A DNA stretch of 14,597 bases from Promethearchaeota archaeon (GTDB lineage Archaea > Asgardarchaeota > Lokiarchaeia > Sigyniarchaeales > SOKP01). The translations under genes were made by a program, and so were the position numbers. Position 1 is the stretch's first letter. Each line of letters begins with the position of its first letter. The stretch covers positions 76,717-91,313 of the forward strand of contig JBHLOC010000015.1 of the NCBI GenBank assembly GCA_048940925.1, in the 5' to 3' direction. The notes beneath the pieces were generated by a model. The model did no database searches. It was not told the DNA's origin and saw only the letters and a program-made list of their open reading frames with translations. Positions 7,385 through 14,597 of this stretch are shown piece by piece.

Positions 7385-8296
7385 ATGGAAATAAATGGTG
7401 TCGAGATTGAAGATACATTCTGTGAAGCTTTTGGAGCATTTTTTACAAGAATAGTGGTAACAGCAAAAAATGAGAAGTGGGCTACTATAGCTGCTCGAGA
7501 GGCAACAGGTTATGGTACCTCAACAATTGGCTGTGATGCTGAAGCTGGGATTGATAAGTTTATTTCTTCGGAAAAAAGCCCTGATAAACGATCAGGTGTA
7601 ATTTTAATGTTTTTTAAAAATAAAAAAGATGAGATGAGTATGGTTTTAACCCATCGAATCGGTGAATGCATTCTAACTTGTCCTACGACTGCATGTTTTG
7701 ATGCATTAAGCGAATCTCTTGACTCTTCGAAGGAGTTTGAAATAAAAGTAGGTAATAATTTAAAATTTTTTGGTGATGGATTTCAAGAAAAATTTGAGGG
7801 TATTTATCCATTCCCTGCATGGAAAATTCCTATTATGAGCGGAGATTTTGTTATACAAGAATCATTCAAAGTAGGGAAAGGAATCGCGGGAGGTAATTTT
7901 ATTATAATTGGAAAAGACCAAGACTCTACTCTAGAAGCAGCTGAAAAAGCGATTGAAGCAATAAAAGATATAGAACACGTAATTACACCTTTTCCTGGAG
8001 GAATAGTTTCATCAGGATCTAAAGTTGGTTCAAAATACGACTTTATGCGGGCTTCTACAAATCAAGCTTATTGTCCAACCTTGAGAACTAAACTAGAAGA
8101 TTCAAAATTAAGGGATGGAGATAATTGTGTTTATGAAATAGTACTTGACGGTGCTACTGAAGATGCTATTAAGAAGGCAATGAAAAAAGGGATTCACGCA
8201 GCTGTTAAAGTTCCAGGTGTAAACAGAATCACTGCAGGTAATTATGGAGGAAATTTAGGTAAATTTAAATACAAACTTTATGATATTTTAGGATAG
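7385..8296 (+). CDS. ftr: Formylmethanofuran--tetrahydromethanopterin N-formyltransferase
   Basis: MEINGVEIEDTFCEAF, ATGYGTSTIGCDAEAGI, RIGECILTCPTTACFD, FFGDGFQ, GIAGGNF, PFPGGIVSSGSKVGS, YEIVLDG and ITAGNYGGNLG. Confidence 0.97.
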   Translation: MEINGVEIEDTFCEAFGAFFTRIVVTAKNEKWATIAAREATGYGTSTIGCDAEAGIDKFISSEKSPDKRSGVILMFFKNKKDEMSMVLTHRIGECILTCPTTACFDALSESLDSSKEFEIKVGNNLKFFGDGFQEKFEGIYPFPAWKIPIMSGDFVIQESFKVGKGIAGGNFIIIGKDQDSTLEAAEKAIEAIKDIEHVITPFPGGIVSSGSKVGSKYDFMRASTNQAYCPTLRTKLEDSKLRDGDNCVYEIVLDGATEDAIKKAMKKGIHAAVKVPGVNRITAGNYGGNLGKFKYKLYDILG

Positions 8297-8347
8297 TATT
8301 GAATTATTTAGATTAAATATATGAAAAAGATATAAATTACTTTATTA

Positions 8348-10048
8348 TTACAATTTCCTTTTTATTTTTCGTTTAGGAATTTTTTCTTTTTCTTCTTTTT
8401 CTTCCAATCCTACTGCTTGTTCTTGCTTCATCTCCTCTATAATTGGTTTTTGTTTTTCTTTTTTCAAAATTAATGATTTCTTAGTAGTTTCTTTTGTCTT
8501 TTTGGATTTCATTTCTTCAGATGCTATGAATTTCGATTTGAAATACTTATGTATTCCTCCAATGCTAGCAATAACACCTAAAAGTAATCCAATTGAGAAA
8601 GCAATCCAAGGGACATATGCACTTATAACGTCGGGGATAATTCTTATCGCTTGAGGTGCCATATCATAATCATCAATAAGGCTTGTGACAGCACCATCAG
8701 AATCAAATACATATATATAAACATACCAAATCCCCGATATTAAATCAATAGTCCGTATCGTAATTCTTGTATCATTAACGTTATAGGCTCTTGTGATATT
8801 AAACCAATTATTATTTGCTCCTAGAAGTGCTACTTTAATGAATGCTACTCCTTCTACATCAGATACATTAAATGTGAATACTAAATTTTTACCATATAGT
8901 ATAGAGATACTTTTATTCCTAGACATCCCATTAATTTCATAACTGTGTATTTCAGGCATATTATTTTCTACTGTTAGAAAAGTCAAAAATGAACTAAATC
9001 CTCCAATTGGATCTTTTGCCGTAATATTGATATTATATCTTCCTATGGCAAAATCAGCAGGTATAGTAAAAGACCCTCTATATGTATCATTCACTCTATG
9101 ACTTAAAGATACTGAAGGGAGAGTTCTACCATTTGGATCTTCAATTTCTGCGGTTATAGATAAACTATCAGAGCTACTTTCACTATCAGTTACATTTAGT
9201 AAAATGGTACACTTTTCAGTTCTTAAGACTGTTTCTGGAGAAAACTCAATCGAATCTCTTATTATGTTAGGATTTGAGTTAAGAACATTAAAAGGGAAAT
9301 ATGTTGCATATTTTTTTCCAGAAATCGAATCTGAAATATTTACTTTTATATAATAAATCTTATTCAATTCGTTGAATGTCTCATTAGTAATCTTAAAAGC
9401 AAATTGGTAAAGATTTCTTTCAAGATCAAAAAGATTTTTTTGGGTTGATTCTTTTATGTCGTCTACAATAGTTATATCCCACCTGAAAAAATTGAAACCA
9501 GTGATATTAACTAGTGTTAATTCTGCATTTAATGTATCTCCAACATAATATTCTGTGCTATTAAAGTTCATCATATAATTTGTGCGAATACTAAAATTAG
9601 AATAAGTTTTATGAGCATTCAAAAGAGTACCTGATGCATTGAAGATGTAGAAACTTACATTTTGTAATCCCAATGGGGCATTAAATGTCGGTGTATATTC
9701 AACATAGAATGTTTCACTACCTGCGGGATCCATAGTATAATTTGTGTGGGTTCCATTGGTAAAAGAGATTTCCATATATGCATAATCTGCGTACCTATAA
9801 CCTGAGACATTAACTGATATATTAACTGCTTCAAACAAACGATATACTCTAGATCTATTTATATCTATTGAGGAGTAATTTAAAGAAGGTCCAGCTAAAT
9901 GTGGAGTAATATAATTCTCATTTTCTATATTAAAATATTCTTTATCCCGAACGCTTGGAGGTTCAATTAATATTGATAGAGCACTCGAAAAAATGCTGAA
10001 TATTAAGAATAAAATAATGATTAACTTCAGATGTTGCTTATTCTTCAA
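8348..10048 (-). CDS. Hypothetical membrane-anchored cell-surface glycoprotein with probable Ig-like beta-sandwich domains
   Basis: N-terminal basic and hydrophobic signal/TM segment, a beta-rich body with about 20 N-x-S/T sequons (manual count), a C-terminal TM helix (WIAFSIGLLLGVIASIGGI) and a K/E-rich tail. The TTG start is 6 nt after the stop of the upstream gene. Confidence 0.75.
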   Translation of the reverse strand: MKNKQHLKLIIILFLIFSIFSSALSILIEPPSVRDKEYFNIENENYITPHLAGPSLNYSSIDINRSRVYRLFEAVNISVNVSGYRYADYAYMEISFTNGTHTNYTMDPAGSETFYVEYTPTFNAPLGLQNVSFYIFNASGTLLNAHKTYSNFSIRTNYMMNFNSTEYYVGDTLNAELTLVNITGFNFFRWDITIVDDIKESTQKNLFDLERNLYQFAFKITNETFNELNKIYYIKVNISDSISGKKYATYFPFNVLNSNPNIIRDSIEFSPETVLRTEKCTILLNVTDSESSSDSLSITAEIEDPNGRTLPSVSLSHRVNDTYRGSFTIPADFAIGRYNINITAKDPIGGFSSFLTFLTVENNMPEIHSYEINGMSRNKSISILYGKNLVFTFNVSDVEGVAFIKVALLGANNNWFNITRAYNVNDTRITIRTIDLISGIWYVYIYVFDSDGAVTSLIDDYDMAPQAIRIIPDVISAYVPWIAFSIGLLLGVIASIGGIHKYFKSKFIASEEMKSKKTKETTKKSLILKKEKQKPIIEEMKQEQAVGLEEKEEKEKIPKRKIKRKL

Positions 10049-10054
10049 TATCTC

Positions 10055-12877
10055 TCATCTTGTCAATTTTTTATGCTTTATTTCTTTATTCAAAAAATAT
10101 AATATTATACCAATTGGAATTATACTAGGAAGTAGATAAAAGATGATTAGATTAAAAGTAGATAACTCCAAATCCACTTCGAAATAGAATTGGGCGATAT
10201 ATCTTCCGGAGCTATCTTTTAATTCAAATTTATATGCTTTTATACCAAATTCATAAGGATTGAGGGTAGGTGTAATTTTTTTTACAATTCTATTTACTCC
10301 ATGAACAAATTCGTCTATATTGGTCTCTACTAGTATATTATTGATATAAAATGAAAAATTTTCGGGATTTTCTTTATTATACTGTATCAAAATAATTATA
10401 TAAGCTGAAGCTCCTTGGGAAATAGCGGACGGAAATGAAACACTTAATATTTCGAATTTAGGCATTAATGTTATAGTGAGATTTTCACTGTAATATAAAG
10501 TAGCATTTTGCTTAATATCCATCTTTATTTCAAATGTGCCATTCTTTACATTTTCAAGTGTTTTAAGGAAGAAAGATACTGTTTTAACTTCGTTCTCTAA
10601 TAAAGTCTCTTCCTTAATAATGGGCTCAATGATATCAGGTGTTATCCCTGAAAAGCTCACGTTTAATGATTGAGTAGCATCTGGTAAATAGTTAATTAAA
10701 TCCAATGAAACATAAATACTATCTCCACTAACAATTTTACTTTCATATACTAAATCTTTGTAATCAAATGAATATCCAATTTCGATTACTTTCCTAACAC
10801 TTAGATAAATTACATTTCCTTTCGTGATCTTAAAAAATATTTCACTAGGACCGGGAATAGATCCTAATTTTGCGGTTAGATTAAAATATATTGTAATTAC
10901 TTCTAAGGAAGTAAAATTAATTTCTTGAGGAGGGGAAGTTATTATGTCATCCCCCTCTAAATATGTGGTTAAAGTAAGATTATTATTCCGTGTATAGTTT
11001 ACTGTAAGGGACACATTTACTATTGGTCCTTGGTATATAATACTGCCTAGTCCCTTAATTGTTTTATTTATTAAACCTGAAAAAACATTAAAATGTTTTA
11101 AAGTTTGTGCCATTCCAAAATATGATTTATTAGCCCAGATATAGAGAGAATACCCATCTCCTATTGGTAAGGTTTCCTCAATATCATAAATAAATGTATG
11201 ATTAGTCGCAGGACTAGATATTTGGTAATTAAATGTATCCAAAAAAGTACCATTTGGATATTTCAAAAGGTAATTTATGGAAGCGTCTGTCATATTATAA
11301 CTCACTGTGAAAGGGACATAAGAATTAACAGATTGATTGAAATAATAATCATTATTTATGAATGAATACGTTGAGGTTAAATTCATAACATCTTGATTGA
11401 ATATATAATTTGGAATTTCTGTAGATATATTATATTCTGATATTAAGACTGTACTGCCATAAATTTCAGCGGCTTTTAAGAGAGATTCACATAGTTTTAA
11501 ATTTGAATTAAAGTTTTTATTACCATCAGTTAGGGAAAAGTTATAGGCTCCATTGATATTGTCGAAAAAATAATTTTCTATTGATTTAGAAACATTAATA
11601 GCTCTTTCATAATAAGTAAAATTACCAGTAACCTCGAAAAGTTTTAAACATGCACTCATCATCATTGCATTTGCTTTAAGATCAAAATCATAATCGTATA
11701 TAGATGCCCAATCATAATCGGAAACATTATAATACAAATTATATTGTGTTCCATCCCATAATTTCTCATCAAGCTTCTGGTAAATATCAACTGCTCTATT
11801 GTAATAAGTTGACTCATTTTTCATACCTGTTTCGATCCAATATTCTAATAAAGTAATTATTCCTAAAGCATTTACACTTAAATGGAAACGTTTTTGTCCA
11901 GACAGGTCTGTATGCCAATTTCGAATAGCATCATGATAAAAACCATCATATACTGGGTCCCACATAGAAGTAACTAAAGCATCCATTGTTTGATTTGCTA
12001 AATCATACGCTCTGTCCTTTATATTTTTATCATCTTCTAAATCGAACTGTTTATAAGTTCGATGAATTAATAAATTTGCTAAAATAGCATATAAATTACT
12101 TTCTGTAAATTTTTTGCTAGTACTTGTTGGATTAGTATAATTATGGTTAAAAAATCCGAGGTATTGGTTATCCCAAAAAACATTAGAGGAGTTTATTAAC
12201 GAGAACATTTCTTCTATTGAATCCTTTGGTGTTGTATTTTTTATTGAGATTGCATTATCATCAATATTCGACCCAATATTTTCAATCAATAAAAAAATTG
12301 GTAATAGATTGTCAATAAGATATCTATTGCTATCTTTTATTTCACCTGTGCTCCCATCAATTGATCTTACAAATCCATATTTGAAATTAGTAATACCATC
12401 TTTATACCATAAAGGAGTCGATTTTAAGTCTAAATATATTTCAAATGTTTCCTTTTGGTCAATTTCTGACTTCATCAATGTTTTATAGAGAAGTAGATTA
12501 TCTTCAGAATAAATTGTATCATCTATTATAGTTCCATTACTATCCCCATATCTAAAATAGGTGGGAATATTAAGATCTAAACTTGATTGGTAATTCTCGA
12601 TAAAAAATTGACGCATTAGATCTAAATTCTTAGTAAAAGGGATTTGAAGCATTGATGTATCTGCTGCGGGTATAGGGTTATTTTGAGTAAATTCAGATAC
12701 ATTCTCAGATTCATCATTTAATGGATCATTAGAGTCATTTAAATAATTGAAAGAATCACTATTATAGAAAAAGTTTAGAAAAATTATTAGAACGAAAAAT
12801 AAACATAGAAATATTTTTAAAGATTGACTTTTTTGCCCTTTTTTTTTTCCAAGAGCTGCAAAATTTAAAAAACTCAT
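10055..12877 (-). CDS. Hypothetical large membrane-anchored surface protein with an (alpha/alpha)6 six-hairpin glycosidase-like domain followed by beta-sandwich domains
   Basis: N-terminal hydrophobic segment (IFLCLFFVLIIFLNFFY), repeats such as MWDPVYDGFYH, KLWDGTQYNLYY and LKLFEVTGNFTYYERA...FFDNINGAY, a beta-rich sequon-rich C-terminal half, and a C-terminal TM (LIIFYLLPSIIPIGIILYFL). The start is ATG 12877 or TTG 12913. Confidence 0.7.
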   Translation of the reverse strand: MSFLNFAALGKKKGQKSQSLKIFLCLFFVLIIFLNFFYNSDSFNYLNDSNDPLNDESENVSEFTQNNPIPAADTSMLQIPFTKNLDLMRQFFIENYQSSLDLNIPTYFRYGDSNGTIIDDTIYSEDNLLLYKTLMKSEIDQKETFEIYLDLKSTPLWYKDGITNFKYGFVRSIDGSTGEIKDSNRYLIDNLLPIFLLIENIGSNIDDNAISIKNTTPKDSIEEMFSLINSSNVFWDNQYLGFFNHNYTNPTSTSKKFTESNLYAILANLLIHRTYKQFDLEDDKNIKDRAYDLANQTMDALVTSMWDPVYDGFYHDAIRNWHTDLSGQKRFHLSVNALGIITLLEYWIETGMKNESTYYNRAVDIYQKLDEKLWDGTQYNLYYNVSDYDWASIYDYDFDLKANAMMMSACLKLFEVTGNFTYYERAINVSKSIENYFFDNINGAYNFSLTDGNKNFNSNLKLCESLLKAAEIYGSTVLISEYNISTEIPNYIFNQDVMNLTSTYSFINNDYYFNQSVNSYVPFTVSYNMTDASINYLLKYPNGTFLDTFNYQISSPATNHTFIYDIEETLPIGDGYSLYIWANKSYFGMAQTLKHFNVFSGLINKTIKGLGSIIYQGPIVNVSLTVNYTRNNNLTLTTYLEGDDIITSPPQEINFTSLEVITIYFNLTAKLGSIPGPSEIFFKITKGNVIYLSVRKVIEIGYSFDYKDLVYESKIVSGDSIYVSLDLINYLPDATQSLNVSFSGITPDIIEPIIKEETLLENEVKTVSFFLKTLENVKNGTFEIKMDIKQNATLYYSENLTITLMPKFEILSVSFPSAISQGASAYIIILIQYNKENPENFSFYINNILVETNIDEFVHGVNRIVKKITPTLNPYEFGIKAYKFELKDSSGRYIAQFYFEVDLELSTFNLIIFYLLPSIIPIGIILYFLNKEIKHKKLTR

Positions 12878-13012
12878 TTTAGCTTGAGTAAGATTGTTAG
12901 TATATTGTATCAAAAGTTTTATTTTAGAATTATATTTTTAAAAAATCCTTCTCTTTAAAATTTTTTTAGATGATAGCTTAAAAAACATAGTATTTGGTAA
13001 AAATGTAATAAT

Positions 13013-14506
13013 TTATTCTTCTAGTTTCTTTTTAATAATTTCAGGAAGATTTGAGATTTTCACCCGCAATTGTTCCATTGAATCGCGGTCTCTAATTGTA
13101 ACCGTATTATCTTCCGCAGAATCATAATCGATTGTAATACAATATGGAGTTCCCAATTCGTCTTGCCTTCGATACCGCTTTCCTATAGAACCAGCAGAAT
13201 CAAAAAAGGAACCAATACGATTTTCAAGTAATTCTCGATGCACATTTAAAGCTAGTTTTCTTATATTTTCTTTATTTCTAACAAGTGGAAACACTGCGAC
13301 TGTATTTGGTGCTAAATTTGGATTTATCTTTAGAATAATTCTTCCTTCTTCAACATTAAAATTAGATTCGAGTAATGTATAAATAATTCTATCGACTCCA
13401 AATGCAATTTCAAGAACTTGGGGTATTTCTTTTACATCTGGGTCTGTATCCATACTTACTTCAAAACTTTGTTTTGAATATTCTGCATGTCTTTTCAAGT
13501 CATAATCAGTTCTATCATGTATCCCACAAATCTCAACCCAACCATATTGTATTGTCTTGATTTCTAAATCCCACGCATCATCAGCATAATGAGCTCGTTC
13601 ATTAGGAGAATGCTGCCTGAATCGAATTATATCTTTGGGAATACCTAGAATTTTTGTAAGATAATATGATAAATAAAGACAATAAGCAAAAGCGGGTTTT
13701 TTAAGAATTTTGTTATTAATCGCATTATCTAGAGAAATAAGATTTGGATCATTAACTCCTTTTTCTTGTAGTTTCCAGTCTAAAAGTGGTAATATATTAT
13801 TCTTCACTTCTTCATAATCCTCGTATTTCATTTCTTGTTCTCTACTGATAAAAATTTGAAGTTCAAATTGATCAAATGATCTCATTCGGAGGACCCCTTG
13901 TCTAGGTGAGATTTCATTTCTATAAGCTTTACCATATTGGTAAATTTTAATAGGATATTGCCTACGCGCATCTTGATCCAAGCGATTGAAAAGTAAGTAT
14001 GTAGTTGTAGCTGTTTCAGGACGCAAATAAGCAATAACATTATTTCCAACGGATGTTTTCAACATCAAATTATACTCTTCAATTTTCTGAAAAATAGTTC
14101 CACATTTAGGGCAAATTAGTTCATATTTTTTAACTAATTTCTCCATTTCCTCAAATGATAAACCATCAATCATATGATCAGGAAGATTTTCTTGGAGAAA
14201 TTTATCTGCTCGATATAATGTATTGCATTTAGTACACTTCATTACAGGATCAATAAATCTTTCGATGTGACCTGAAGCTTCCCAAACGATACTTGGCATA
14301 ATTGTTGGGCATTCAACCTCTCCAAAACCAAAATAACGACATTCTTTTCTAAATAGAGCTAAAATATTATTTTTAAGCGCCATCCCTGCAGGACCATATG
14401 AATAAAACCCAGCCAATCCTCCATAAATTTCTGGTGAAGGTCCCCATATGAACCCACGACGTTTTACTAATGAGTTAAACGTCTCAATGCTATTCTCGAT
14501 TTTCAT
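13013..14506 (-). CDS. glyS: Glycine--tRNA ligase (alpha2, archaeal/eukaryotic type)
   Basis: KRRGF, IYGG, YGPAG, WEASGH, LRPETA, motif 2 GKAYRNEISPR, AHYA, GWVEICGI, motif 3 FGVDR, and the anticodon-binding domain GSIGKRYRRQDELGTPYCITID. Two CxxC pairs lie in the insertion domain. Confidence 0.96.
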   Translation of the reverse strand: MKIENSIETFNSLVKRRGFIWGPSPEIYGGLAGFYSYGPAGMALKNNILALFRKECRYFGFGEVECPTIMPSIVWEASGHIERFIDPVMKCTKCNTLYRADKFLQENLPDHMIDGLSFEEMEKLVKKYELICPKCGTIFQKIEEYNLMLKTSVGNNVIAYLRPETATTTYLLFNRLDQDARRQYPIKIYQYGKAYRNEISPRQGVLRMRSFDQFELQIFISREQEMKYEDYEEVKNNILPLLDWKLQEKGVNDPNLISLDNAINNKILKKPAFAYCLYLSYYLTKILGIPKDIIRFRQHSPNERAHYADDAWDLEIKTIQYGWVEICGIHDRTDYDLKRHAEYSKQSFEVSMDTDPDVKEIPQVLEIAFGVDRIIYTLLESNFNVEEGRIILKINPNLAPNTVAVFPLVRNKENIRKLALNVHRELLENRIGSFFDSAGSIGKRYRRQDELGTPYCITIDYDSAEDNTVTIRDRDSMEQLRVKISNLPEIIKKKLEE

Positions 14507-14597
14507 ATAGATTTTTAAAGTAATTGATAATATTTGTATTTGATTAAAATCAAAATTGAAATAAATTTTTATACAACTAAAAGATAATAATATTATT

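Noticed and set aside
5758-8296. Interpretation as a methanogen locus because of mtd and ftr
   Set aside because: There is no mcr or mtr in the window, these enzymes also occur in non-methanogenic archaea, and the Rag-Roadblock GTPase points to Asgard archaea.
12839-12848. A10 homopolymer near the 5' end of the large surface protein gene as a possible phase-variation tract
   Set aside because: The frame is intact, and similar runs occur elsewhere (A9 at 131-139 inside a housekeeping gene, A10 at 1964-1973). Read-level length variation would be needed to support it.
1-14597. CRISPR arrays, IS elements, integrases, rRNA or tRNA genes
   Set aside because: I saw no regularly spaced repeats, transposase/integrase motifs or GC-rich structured RNA segments on either strand.

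Overview
A very AT-rich, gene-dense archaeal chromosomal segment. The gene content points to Asgard archaea (Lokiarchaeia-like); this is inferred from the mix of H4MPT-pathway enzymes (mtd, ftr), an archaeal/eukaryotic-type GlyRS, a GAN/RecJ-like nuclease and a Rag-like small GTPase fused to a Roadblock-like domain. Gene order: 3' end of a DHH/DHHA1 (GAN/RecJ-like) nuclease (+), beta-CASP ribonuclease (-), a purine/MTA salvage trio (mtnP -, PfkB nucleoside kinase +, apt -), Rag-like GTPase-Roadblock fusion (+), mtd (-), small B-box-like zinc finger with a C-terminal TM helix (-), ftr (+), a probable two-gene operon of large membrane-anchored, sequon-rich surface proteins, one carrying a six-repeat (alpha/alpha)6 glycosidase-like domain (-), and glyS (-). 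I saw no rRNA, tRNA, CRISPR array or mobile element. The best leads are the uncharacterised surface glycoprotein pair, the Rag-Roadblock GTPase divergent from the purine salvage cluster, and sequence elements shared by two separate divergent promoter regions. All family assignments rest on recalled motifs, not database searches.
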